Below are positions 1 through 7,718 of a DNA stretch of 64,000 nucleotides, one piece after another. Each line of letters starts with the position of its first letter. The first letter of the stretch is position 1. Location: the NCBI GenBank assembly GCA_902593075.1, contig CACJHA010000001.1, forward strand, positions 124 through 64,123, read 5' to 3'. The notes under the pieces were generated by a model. That model made no database searches and was not told where the DNA came from. It was given only the letters and a program-made list of their open reading frames with translations. The position numbers and the translations under genes are program-made. Origin of the DNA: an uncultured Bacteroidota bacterium (GTDB taxonomy: Bacteria; Bacteroidota; Bacteroidia; Flavobacteriales; Flavobacteriaceae).

Positions 1-580
1 CCTCGAACATAATATATGGCCCACCTGAGTTAAAATCACTGGTTTGACCCTTCAAAGAAGCAGGATCTTTGGGCATTAACATTAAGTGAGCTCCAGATTC
101 AATCCAATGACCCTCAGCAGCATCTTCTTTTTTAAAGACCAATTGCTTGGTGTTATCTTCTCCCATGTCTCCATGAAGCATATACATCCATCCATCATAG
201 TCTAGTTCAGGTTTTGTTCCAGACATAAAGGCCATAGCCCATTTCATAGCTTGAGCATCCATAACCATAGGCATTGCTTCGTGTGGATCTTTCCACCCAT
301 TCTCAGGATCAGACATTCCTCTAGGATTCCCTGCCATCGCAGTCCAACCATTGGTACCTTCCCTTAAAATAGTTTTTCCATCAGAATCAATAACAGTACA
401 GTTAGCTGCTATAAATGAGGGAGCGGCTGTACTTAGGGCCCATATTTTCCATTCAGCTGAAGTGTGAGGTCCATCTGGTTCTCCATTAGTCTTTTCCTCC
501 ATCACTGCTTGGGGTGCTGTTCCAATATTGTTGCAGGCACTTAAGCTTAAAACAATAAATAATAAAATTAATTTTTTCAT
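1..580 (-). CDS. Partial lipoprotein of unknown function (N-terminal ~193 codons; C-terminus lies beyond the window start)
   Basis: Minus-strand reading from ATG at 580-578 gives MKKLILLFIVLSLSACNNIGTAPQAVMEEKTNG... (signal peptide plus LSAC lipobox). The frame stays open to position 1. It is absent from the ORF track because it is truncated. Confidence 0.6.
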   Translation of the reverse strand, partial: MKKLILLFIVLSLSACNNIGTAPQAVMEEKTNGEPDGPHTSAEWKIWALSTAAPSFIAANCTVIDSDGKTILREGTNGWTAMAGNPRGMSDPENGWKDPHEAMPMVMDAQAMKWAMAFMSGTKPELDYDGWMYMLHGDMGEDNTKQLVFKKEDAAEGHWIESGAHLMLMPKDPASLKGQTSDFNSGGPYIMFE

Positions 581-652
581 TTTGATTGAAGTTTATTTAT
601 ATAAATATAACCAAAAAAACAAAGAGCTAATTAGTTAATTTTTATCCAGCTG

Positions 653-724
653 AGCCAATGACGAGATTTGAACTCGTGACCTCTTCCTTACCAAGGAAAC
701 GCTCTACCCCTGAGCTACATCGGC
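653..724 (-). tRNA. tRNA-Thr (anticodon GGT)
   Basis: The reverse complement GCCGATGTAGCTCAGGGGTAGAGCGTTTCCTTGGTAAGGAAGAGGTCACGAGTTCAAATCTCGTCATTGGCT folds as a 72-nt cloverleaf. It has a 7-bp acceptor stem, GCTC/GAGC D stem, anticodon loop TTGGTAA and T loop TTCAAAT. No CCA is encoded. Confidence 0.93.
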
Positions 725-738
725 ATTAAAAATTTGTA

Positions 739-972
739 TTATTTTAAATTAAGATTTTTATCTTTTAAAATTAATGATATTTTAAAAAATTGTATTGAAA
801 CAATTATAACGTTTAAAAATATTATTGAATATGAAGTATCGATTATCCCATAAGTTAACCATAAAGAAGCACCTACCATATTAATTATTCTTAACCATAA
901 CATGTTGTTAATTAAAAAAGAAATTATAACAAAAATTGCAGCTGCCCAGCCTATAATATCAAGAGTATCCAT
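739..972 (-). CDS. Small (77 aa) three-TM membrane protein, YgjV/CBU_0592/SemiSWEET-like topology; family uncertain
   Basis: Intact ATG-to-stop ORF with three hydrophobic segments (IIGWAAAIFVIISFLI / IINMVGASLWLTYGII / SIIFLNVIIVSIQFF). It starts 41 nt after tRNA-Gly and ends 14 nt before tRNA-Thr(GGT) on the same strand. Confidence 0.5.
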   Translation of the reverse strand: MDTLDIIGWAAAIFVIISFLINNMLWLRIINMVGASLWLTYGIIDTSYSIIFLNVIIVSIQFFKISLILKDKNLNLK

Positions 973-1013
973 CTTATGTAAATATTTAATTAAAAATTGA
1001 AGTAAATAAAAAG

Positions 1014-1086
1014 AGCGGGAGACCGGGTTCGAACCGGCGACAATTAGCTTGGAAGGCTAATGCTCTACCAACTGAGCTACTCCCGC
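1014..1086 (-). tRNA. tRNA-Gly (anticodon TCC)
   Basis: The reverse complement GCGGGAGTAGCTCAGTTGGTAGAGCATTAGCCTTCCAAGCTAATTGTCGCCGGTTCGAACCCGGTCTCCCGCT is a 73-nt cloverleaf with anticodon loop CTTCCAA and T loop TTCGAAC. Confidence 0.93.
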
Positions 1087-1094
1087 AAACTGAG

Positions 1095-1176
1095 TGGGGA
1101 GAGCAGGATTCGAACCTGCGAAGGTAAAACCAACAGATTTACAGTCTGTCCTCGTTGGCCGCTTGAGTATCTCCCC
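1095..1176 (-). tRNA. tRNA-Tyr (anticodon GTA), long variable arm
   Basis: The reverse complement GGGGAGATACTCAAGCGGCCAACGAGGACAGACTGTAAATCTGTTGGTTTTACCTTCGCAGGTTCGAATCCTGCTCTCCCCA is 82 nt. It has anticodon loop CTGTAAA and a 13-nt variable arm. Confidence 0.92.
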
Positions 1177-1187
1177 AATTAATTAAG

Positions 1188-1261
1188 AGCCGATGGAGGG
1201 ACTCGAACCCACGACCTGCTGATTACAAATCAGCTGCTCTAGCCAGCTGAGCTACATCGGC
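1188..1261 (-). tRNA. tRNA-Thr (anticodon TGT)
   Basis: The reverse complement GCCGATGTAGCTCAGCTGGCTAGAGCAGCTGATTTGTAATCAGCAGGTCGTGGGTTCGAGTCCCTCCATCGGCT is 74 nt with anticodon loop TTTGTAA. There is one U-U mismatch in the T stem (GTGGG/CCCTC). Confidence 0.88.
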
Positions 1262-1366
1262 TTATTTTTTGTCTAAAAAGGTTAAAAATTAATCCTGCAT
1301 AAATACTATAAATTTTTATAGTAAGTTAATGAGCATCGAATGAAATATTAACCCACTTTAGAGTCG

Positions 1367-1374
1367 CAAATATA
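1367..1374 (-). promoter_or_regulatory. Candidate Bacteroidota -7 promoter box (TATATTTG) upstream of the tRNA cluster
   Basis: Minus-strand TATATTTG matches the TAnnTTTG consensus. It lies about 105 nt upstream of tRNA-Thr(TGT). Confidence 0.3.
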
Positions 1375-1438
1375 ATTTATTTTTTTGTTTCCAATATTGA
1401 ACCCTAATACTTTGTTTTTAAATATTTTTTATTAGAAT

Positions 1439-3553
1439 TTATAAATCCGAGCTAAATGATGAAGCTGGTAATCCCTCTTTGTTAAATAGTGTTCCAACTG
1501 TCCAGTTTTTCCAACCGTATCTTACATTTATAGGTCTTTTTACATCCTTGGAATACAGTCTAATTCTGTTGTTTATAATTTTTGCAGTAGCTGGATAAAA
1601 TCGATTATCCTTCCCAGCTATTTCAAAACCATTTTCACCTCCTACAAAATCAAGTCCAGATCCTACAATATCAAAGTCTACATAAAGATAAATACCCTTA
1701 GCTTGATGACTTTTATATTTTGGGCCAGAGGATACATAGTTAAAACCATACTGTTTGTCAAGAGCTAAAAGAGCAAGTCTTTTACCTACATCTTGTTTGT
1801 TGTGAGGATGAATGTCATCCTCCTCCCCTATGTCCATTAAAACAGCCATACCGGTATTTTCTGTTGACTCTAAGGTCTTTCGCTGTGCTTCTCGAACTCC
1901 AAGAGTGCCTTCTGATGGAAAAGGAGCTAGCTGAGCAAAATAAAACGGAAAATCATAACCCCAGGTCTCACGCCAATCATCAATCATTGCTGAAAATAGG
2001 GTTTGGTATTCATTGTAATTTATAGTATTAGCTTCACCTTGATACCAGATAGTCCCTTTAATTGTGTATGGAGTAACGTTTGATAATATCCTATCGAATA
2101 AGATTGAGTATTCATTTGGAGTACCAGTGGCAAATCCACGAACTATATTTTCTTTGAAAAAATCGGATTTTTCAAGTAGTTCTTGGTTCTCCAAATTATG
2201 AACAATGAGTCTTCCATCAAGTAAAAAAGCATGATGCTTGTATTTAAAAGACTCTATTGGTATTTCAATTTCTTTTAAATTATTCCTTAATAAAATTTTC
2301 CCGTTAAAGCCACCAGGTCCATCCAAATCAGATAGTCTAATAGCCAATATGTTTTTACCTTTTATAAGCAGTGATTTTTTTATTATATAATTTCTTTCTT
2401 TACTCCAGCTAAATGTGTTTCCAACAAGGTTTCCATTAAAAAAAGTTTGGTCTGTGTCATCTGCACCCTCTTTATAAATCAATTTATAGTCGGAAGAAAT
2501 ATCTTCAATATTTACCACTGTTCTAAGCCAAATGACCCCATTGTTTAATAAAAAATCTTTAGGGTCATAAATATTTTCAAATCTTGATTTTAGGTCACCG
2601 TAACCGGACACCTCATAGTTTTTATTCCATTTTTGCCATTTTGTGTCGTCAAAATCAGCTTTGGAAAAATGTTCATCATTGAGTGTAAGTTTTTCCCAAT
2701 TTTCCTCAATACTTTTTTCTTGAGTTATTTTAGGTAAATCATAAGTTTCAAAACCAAAAAGTTGTTTATTTATTTTTGCTACAGAATCGTTGTAATTTTT
2801 GTAAAATAATTCCATCTCTTCGCGATCCATTCGAACGACTTCATTTATCTCTTCAATTGGAAGTTTAACGGAGGTGATTTCATTAAGTTTCTCACGACTT
2901 GTCCAAGCCTCGACCCTAGTTCCTCCCCAGTATGATCCTATTATACCTATAGGAATATTTAATTCGTTGTAAAGTTCTTTTGCAAAGAAATAACCTACTG
3001 CACTATAATTTTCTGTGCTAAAGGAATCTTCCATTTCGGAAGCAGCTTTTGGATTAACAGTTTTCCACTTTTGAGAACTAATAATTGTTCCCGAGAGATC
3101 CATTGGATTGTTGAAAAATCTTATCTCATTGTAATTGGCATTTTCAATTTCTTCGTCTTGATTATCAATGCAATCTTTACACTGGTTTAACTTCCATTGC
3201 ATGTTTGATTGACCAGATGCAAGCCAAACCTCCCCAATTAAAACATCTTTATATACAATTGAATTTTTAGAATCATTTACCACAACCTCGTAGGGTCCTC
3301 CAGCTGAAGGAGTAGATAGTTTTAATTGCCATTTTCCATTATTGTCAGCAATTACTGAAGAAGTACTCCCCCAGCTACCCGTAATTTTTATGTTTTCTTT
3401 TGGACTAGATTTTCCCCAAAAAGAAACCTCAGTTTCACGTTGTAAAATCATTTGGTCAGAAAAAACTGATGGTAGACTTAAACTAATTTTATTATCACAA
3501 CAAATTGTCGTAATAATTAAAATTGATATTAAAATTATCTTTTTTATTTTCAT
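1439..3553 (-). CDS. Sialate O-acetylesterase-like carbohydrate esterase (SGNH/DUF303 family) with a central beta-sandwich insert; secreted or lipoprotein
   Basis: 704 aa with an N-terminal signal ending TICC. It carries the family signature LASGQSNMQW and the C-terminal DIGEEDDIHPHNKQDVG. The central region resembles a galactose-binding-like domain. Confidence 0.75.
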   Translation of the reverse strand: MKIKKIILISILIITTICCDNKISLSLPSVFSDQMILQRETEVSFWGKSSPKENIKITGSWGSTSSVIADNNGKWQLKLSTPSAGGPYEVVVNDSKNSIVYKDVLIGEVWLASGQSNMQWKLNQCKDCIDNQDEEIENANYNEIRFFNNPMDLSGTIISSQKWKTVNPKAASEMEDSFSTENYSAVGYFFAKELYNELNIPIGIIGSYWGGTRVEAWTSREKLNEITSVKLPIEEINEVVRMDREEMELFYKNYNDSVAKINKQLFGFETYDLPKITQEKSIEENWEKLTLNDEHFSKADFDDTKWQKWNKNYEVSGYGDLKSRFENIYDPKDFLLNNGVIWLRTVVNIEDISSDYKLIYKEGADDTDQTFFNGNLVGNTFSWSKERNYIIKKSLLIKGKNILAIRLSDLDGPGGFNGKILLRNNLKEIEIPIESFKYKHHAFLLDGRLIVHNLENQELLEKSDFFKENIVRGFATGTPNEYSILFDRILSNVTPYTIKGTIWYQGEANTINYNEYQTLFSAMIDDWRETWGYDFPFYFAQLAPFPSEGTLGVREAQRKTLESTENTGMAVLMDIGEEDDIHPHNKQDVGKRLALLALDKQYGFNYVSSGPKYKSHQAKGIYLYVDFDIVGSGLDFVGGENGFEIAGKDNRFYPATAKIINNRIRLYSKDVKRPINVRYGWKNWTVGTLFNKEGLPASSFSSDL

Positions 3554-3557
3554 AAAT

Positions 3558-4442
3558 TTAGTTTCTAGGGTGGGATTTTTTGTAAATAGTTTTTATTTTT
3601 TCCATACTAGTATGAGTGTATATTTGAGTTGCGGCAAGAGATGTGTGTCCAAGTAATTCTTTAACACTATTAATATCAGCACCATGGTTTAGCAAATGAG
3701 TAGCAAAGCTGTGACGAAGCATATGAGGACTTCTTTTAGATTTTGTTGATACTTTATTTAAGTAATTATTTACAACTTTATATACATAAATATTTTTGAG
3801 TTTAATGTTCTTTTCGTTTACAAAAAAAAATTCACTTTCAGGACCATTGATTATTTGCTTTTTTAATTCTTGAAATTTCAATAGTTGATTTTTTAAAGAT
3901 TCAATTATAGGAATAATTCTTTCTTTGTTGCGTTTTCCCAAAACCTTTATTTTTTTGTTCACTAAATCAACTGACATGTTTTTAAGGTTTGTAACTTCGG
4001 AAAGCCTTAATCCTGTGGAATAAAAAAGTTCAATCAATGTTTTTATCATCGTACCCTCATAATCTTTTTTAAAAAAATCACCTTCAAGCAACAGGTTAAT
4101 TTCTTTTTCAGAAAATGGAACTTGGACTTTTTTTTCTTCTTTTAAAGGCTTGTGGTTTTTTAAAGGACTTTTATCAATTTCACCTATTTTCAATAAAAAA
4201 TTAAAGTAAGACCTCAATACAGATACTTTTCTGTTTATTGATCTATTGCTTAAACCAGATTCAACTAAGTATACAATCCAGGATCTTATATAACTGTAGT
4301 TTGATGTATTTAAATTTTTATGATTAAATTCTTTTAAACAGAAGTTTTGAAATACGTCCAAATCATTTTTGTACGCAATTATAGTATTATTAGAATAGTT
4401 CCTTTCTTTAACCAAATACTCAATAAAACTATTTAAAGACAT
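3558..4442 (-). CDS. xerC: Tyrosine site-specific recombinase, XerC/XerD family
   Basis: 294 aa with the catalytic C-terminus [35 protein letters not shown] and an N-terminal SAM-like domain. It lies immediately downstream of rpsU. Confidence 0.85.
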   Translation of the reverse strand: MSLNSFIEYLVKERNYSNNTIIAYKNDLDVFQNFCLKEFNHKNLNTSNYSYIRSWIVYLVESGLSNRSINRKVSVLRSYFNFLLKIGEIDKSPLKNHKPLKEEKKVQVPFSEKEINLLLEGDFFKKDYEGTMIKTLIELFYSTGLRLSEVTNLKNMSVDLVNKKIKVLGKRNKERIIPIIESLKNQLLKFQELKKQIINGPESEFFFVNEKNIKLKNIYVYKVVNNYLNKVSTKSKRSPHMLRHSFATHLLNHGADINSVKELLGHTSLAATQIYTHTSMEKIKTIYKKSHPRN

Positions 4443-4499
4443 AATCGATCTTTAAGATAGTAAACTTTTAAAACATTTAATTAGAAAAGGATGTATAGT

Positions 4500-4694
4500 C
4501 TATTGTAAAAGTGCGTCCTTTAATCTTTGAACATGTTGTGCTTTTTGTATCCTTGACCTATTTTTTACAGACGGTTTAATAAACTGTTTTCTTGTTCTAA
4601 GTTGACGCATAGCACCAGTTTTATCAAATTTTCTTTTGAAGCGCTTTAAAGCCCTGTCTATATTTTCACCTTCTTTTATAGGTATAATTAACAT
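4500..4694 (-). CDS. rpsU: 30S ribosomal protein S21
   Basis: 64 aa, basic: IKEGENIDRALKRFKRKFDKTGAMRQLRTRKQFIKPS. Confidence 0.93.
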   Translation of the reverse strand: MLIIPIKEGENIDRALKRFKRKFDKTGAMRQLRTRKQFIKPSVKNRSRIQKAQHVQRLKDALLQ

Positions 4695-4711
4695 GTTTCA
4701 AATTTAAGTTG

Positions 4712-4719
4712 CAAATATA
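4712..4719 (-). promoter_or_regulatory. Candidate -7 promoter box (TATATTTG) for rpsU
   Basis: Minus strand reads cttATATTTGcaacttaaatttgaaacATG. The TAnnTTTG match lies 17 nt upstream of the rpsU ATG. Confidence 0.45.
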
Positions 4720-4750
4720 AGTTGTTTATGATAACCTATGAAATTTTAAT

Positions 4751-6301
4751 TCAGTTTGTTTTATTTTTTATTTTTTCAATATAAATTGATAATTCTTGTT
4801 TTACCTTAGGATAAAGGAAAAAAAGACCAATCATATTAGGAAAAACTAAAGCTAAAATCATAGCATCAGAAAAAGCCCAGACTGAAGACATATCTCCTGC
4901 GGCTCCAATTACAATAAATATAAGGAATAATATTTTATAAGTGAGGTCAGCTAATTTTCCTTTGCCGAAAACATACATCCATGATTGTAAACCATAATAT
5001 GACCAAGAAATCATAGTTGAAAGGGCAAAAAGTACTACAGCTATTGTTAAGAAAGGACCAGAGAACGAAATATACTCAGAGAAAGCAGCAGAAGTTATTC
5101 CTGCTCCACTTAATTGTTGTCCTTGAATCATTACGGCTGTTCCGTCTCCAACAGTATTTCCATATGTAAATATTGTGTTATCACCGTTAAAAATTATTAT
5201 TACAAGTGCAGTCATTGTACAGATAACTACCGTATCTATAAAAGGTTCTAATAGAGCCACAAGTCCTTCTGATGCTGGATAGCTAGTAATAACAGCTGAA
5301 TGTGCAATAGAAGCAGAACCAGCTCCAGCTTCATTGGAAAAAGCACCTCTTCTGAAACCTTGAATAAGAACCCCAATAAAACCTCCAACTGCAGCCGGTG
5401 GAGTAAATGCCTGACTGAAAATTAATCCAAACGCATCATCTATATAGGAGAAATTTGAGAAAATGATATATAAACAAGCTAAAACATAAATTCCAGCCAT
5501 AAATGGAACTACTTTTTCAGTTACAGATGCAATTCTTTTTATCCCCCCAATTATAATCACCCCTACAACAATCATCATTATTAATCCAATTACTGTTCTC
5601 GCACTCCCTCCTGTCATTCCAAAAGAGTTGACCAATTGCATTGCTGCTTGATTAGATTGAGCGGCATTACCTCCACCAAAAGATGCACCAATACATAAAA
5701 TTGCAAAAACTATTCCTAAAACTTTTCCGAGCTTACCATATCCTATCTCTGACAATCCTTTTTTGAGATAATACATAGGGCCACCATAAACTGTTCCATC
5801 TGAACCGATTTCACGATATTTTACACCTAGGGTACATTCTACAAATTTTGATGACATTCCTAAAATACCGCAAAGAATCATCCAGAATGTTGCTCCAGGA
5901 CCTCCCAATGCAATAGCCATTGCAACCCCAGCAATATTTCCGTTTCCTACGGTACCTGAAACAGCAGTTGCTAAAGCTTGAAAATGGCTTACTTCGCCAT
6001 TATTTGACCTTTCTTGATCTAACTTATCATACTTTCCCATTACTGTTTTTATCGATAATCCAAATCCTCTAATATTTATAAATCCGAAATAGAATGTGAA
6101 AAATGCTGCTCCACCAACTAATAAAAAAATTATAGTTGGTATTCCTGTTCCAAAAAACTCATGCAAAACTAAATTTTCCCAAAAACTAGATACTGGCAAA
6201 AATGCTTCATTAATAATTTCATCAATACCTTTTTGTTGAGAGAATAAAGATTTTGAAAATATAAAAAAGGATGAAAAAATTAAAAGTTTAGATTTGAACA
6301 T
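4751..6301 (-). CDS. Alanine/glycine:cation (Na+) symporter, AGCS family
   Basis: 516-aa polytopic membrane protein with AGCS-type blocks GGPGATFWM and AFSNEAGAGSASIAHSA. Confidence 0.85.
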   Translation of the reverse strand: MFKSKLLIFSSFFIFSKSLFSQQKGIDEIINEAFLPVSSFWENLVLHEFFGTGIPTIIFLLVGGAAFFTFYFGFINIRGFGLSIKTVMGKYDKLDQERSNNGEVSHFQALATAVSGTVGNGNIAGVAMAIALGGPGATFWMILCGILGMSSKFVECTLGVKYREIGSDGTVYGGPMYYLKKGLSEIGYGKLGKVLGIVFAILCIGASFGGGNAAQSNQAAMQLVNSFGMTGGSARTVIGLIMMIVVGVIIIGGIKRIASVTEKVVPFMAGIYVLACLYIIFSNFSYIDDAFGLIFSQAFTPPAAVGGFIGVLIQGFRRGAFSNEAGAGSASIAHSAVITSYPASEGLVALLEPFIDTVVICTMTALVIIIFNGDNTIFTYGNTVGDGTAVMIQGQQLSGAGITSAAFSEYISFSGPFLTIAVVLFALSTMISWSYYGLQSWMYVFGKGKLADLTYKILFLIFIVIGAAGDMSSVWAFSDAMILALVFPNMIGLFFLYPKVKQELSIYIEKIKNKTN

Positions 6302-6377
6302 AATATATAGATTTAACTTAGAAGTGGCTAATATTAAAAATTATTCTCGAAATACAAATTATAATCCTATTTGGTTT

Positions 6378-6599
6378 TTATAAATCAAAAACAGAAGTCC
6401 TTTTACCGTATAAAAGATCTTTCATTTTTAACCAAAAAGCAAGTGTCAAATAAATAACGAAACCACCAAAAACAGTTGCAAAAGAAGCATATATAAAAAA
6501 TAATCTAACTGATTTTACTTTCATACCCAAGAAGTCTGCTAGTCGTGAACATACCGCAAAACCATATTTTTCAAGTAAAACTCTTAAACTTTTAGTCAT
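6378..6599 (-). CDS. PspC-domain membrane protein
   Basis: 73 aa: AVCSRLADFLGMKVKSVRLFFIYASFATVFGGFVIYLTLAFWL, matching the PspC domain pattern. Confidence 0.7.
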   Translation of the reverse strand: MTKSLRVLLEKYGFAVCSRLADFLGMKVKSVRLFFIYASFATVFGGFVIYLTLAFWLKMKDLLYGKRTSVFDL

Positions 6600-6913
6600 T
6601 TGTTAATATTTTTTCTCTTTTGCCATTCCAATATTCCACCATTTAAGTTGTACGTTTCTTTGAATCCTAATTGGTCAAGTATGTTACATGCTTTTTGACT
6701 CCTTATGCCTGACCGGCAGTAAACAAAAATTTTAGATTTTTTTTCTAATTTTCCAACTACATTCATAAATTCATTAGGTTCAAGTATGTTTGCTAAAACG
6801 GCTTTAGGAATTGACTTTTCTTCGAATTCCTCAACTGTCCTGACATCCAAAATTATCGACTTTTGGTCTGATTCTATATTTTTTAACCACTCTTCGCACT
6901 CAAGATTTATCAT
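6596..6913 (-). CDS. Rhodanese-like sulfurtransferase domain protein
   Basis: 105 aa with active-site loop YCRSGIRSQKA and the DVRTVEEF motif. It overlaps the PspC gene by 4 nt. Confidence 0.85.
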   Translation of the reverse strand: MINLECEEWLKNIESDQKSIILDVRTVEEFEEKSIPKAVLANILEPNEFMNVVGKLEKKSKIFVYCRSGIRSQKACNILDQLGFKETYNLNGGILEWQKRKNINK

Positions 6914-6987
6914 AAATCAAAAATAACATATGTAAAAAATAATTCTTATACTTTAGTCAAGTTTTTTATTTTTACAAAAAAATAAAA

Positions 6988-7560
6988 ATGAAATTAAAAA
7001 ATATAACTTCCATATTATCCTTTATTCTATTTCTTTCTAACAATGTTTTTGCTCAAGAGATGATTCTTAACAAAATGAATAGTTCAATTAAATGGGCTGG
7101 AAAGGAAATAACTACAAAAACTCACTATGGTTCATTAAAGTTTAAAGAAGGAAAAATTAGCATGAAAGGAGAAAAGATTATTAGCGGTACGTTCATCGTT
7201 GACATGAAGTCTATAAATTGTCAAGATCTTTCAGGAAAATCCAAAAATTATCTTGAGTCACATTTAAAATCCGAAGATTTTTTTTGGGTTGATAATTATC
7301 CTGAAGCTTCTTTAACAATAAAAAACTCTGTATTGATGAATGATGGAAATTATCTTGCAGAGGGTGATATAATAATAAAAGGAATTACTCAGCCTATAAG
7401 TTTTAATATATCAATTCAAAATAATGAAGGAAAAGCTAAATTGATCTTTGATAGAACAAAACATAATGTCACGTATAGATCAGGAAATTTTTTTCAAAAT
7501 CTAGGTGATAAGTTAATATACGATGATATAGAAATAGAAGCTCAATTAACTTTTAATTAA
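6988..7560 (+). CDS. YceI-like periplasmic (polyisoprenoid-binding) protein
   Basis: 190 aa with a signal peptide and the YceI-type blocks SIKWAGKE and HLKSEDFFWVDNYPEASL. Confidence 0.8.
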   Translation: MKLKNITSILSFILFLSNNVFAQEMILNKMNSSIKWAGKEITTKTHYGSLKFKEGKISMKGEKIISGTFIVDMKSINCQDLSGKSKNYLESHLKSEDFFWVDNYPEASLTIKNSVLMNDGNYLAEGDIIIKGITQPISFNISIQNNEGKAKLIFDRTKHNVTYRSGNFFQNLGDKLIYDDIEIEAQLTFN

Positions 7561-7587
7561 AAAGTTAAATTGTATAAATTTTTAATA

Positions 7588-7595
7588 TATATTTG
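7588..7595 (+). promoter_or_regulatory. Candidate -7 promoter box (TATATTTG) for the trp leader/operon
   Basis: TAnnTTTG match located upstream of the Trp-Trp leader ORF and the terminator hairpin. After the hairpin only about 8 nt remain before the trpE start, so the operon promoter must lie upstream of the hairpin. Confidence 0.45.
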
Positions 7596-7599
7596 TCAA

Positions 7600-7647
7600 G
7601 TGAAAATTTTTATTAATAATTATTGGTGGACTTTTATGGATTTATAG
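7600..7647 (+). CDS. Candidate trp operon leader peptide with tandem Trp codons (…NNYWWTFMDL)
   Basis: GTG AAA ATT TTT ATT AAT AAT TAT TGG TGG ACT TTT ATG GAT TTA TAG. An in-frame TTG at 7570 is an alternative start. The start codon is uncertain because the GTG lies only 4 nt after the -7 box. Confidence 0.45.
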   Translation: MKIFINNYWWTFMDL

Positions 7648-7680
7648 ATTCGTGTAAACAGTTCCTATTATTAACATTTG

Positions 7681-7710
7681 GCTTGTCATCACGACAAGCT
7701 TTTTTATTTT
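7681..7710 (+). terminator. Intrinsic terminator / attenuator hairpin immediately upstream of trpE
   Basis: GCTTGTC-ATCAC-GACAAGC (7-bp stem, 5-nt loop) followed by TTTTTTATTTT. It ends 8 nt before the trpE TTG start. Confidence 0.7.
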
Positions 7711-7718
7711 AATACGAT

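Noticed and set aside
1-580. Visibly higher G+C (about 40 percent by a spot count versus roughly 30-35 percent nearby) in the partial lipoprotein gene: possible horizontal acquisition
   Set aside because: The count is based on only a few 60-nt lines and the gene is truncated. No flanking mobility signals are present. The evidence is insufficient for an HGT claim.
1306-1321. Palindrome CTATAAA-TT-TTTATAG downstream of the esterase gene as a possible terminator
   Set aside because: The stem is almost entirely A-T, has a 2-nt loop and is not followed by a U tract on the relevant strand. It is likely a chance feature of AT-rich DNA.
3342-3656. 104-aa plus-strand ORF spanning the esterase/xerC junction
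   Set aside because: It overlaps two well-supported minus-strand genes. It has a low-complexity hydrophobic translation and no promoter context.
3558-4442. Tyrosine recombinase about 2.3 kb from a tRNA cluster: possible integrase of a genomic island
   Set aside because: Its size (294 aa) and motifs fit chromosomal XerC/XerD rather than phage-type integrases. It sits directly behind rpsU in a housekeeping arrangement. I found no direct repeats of tRNA 3' ends and no other mobile-element genes.
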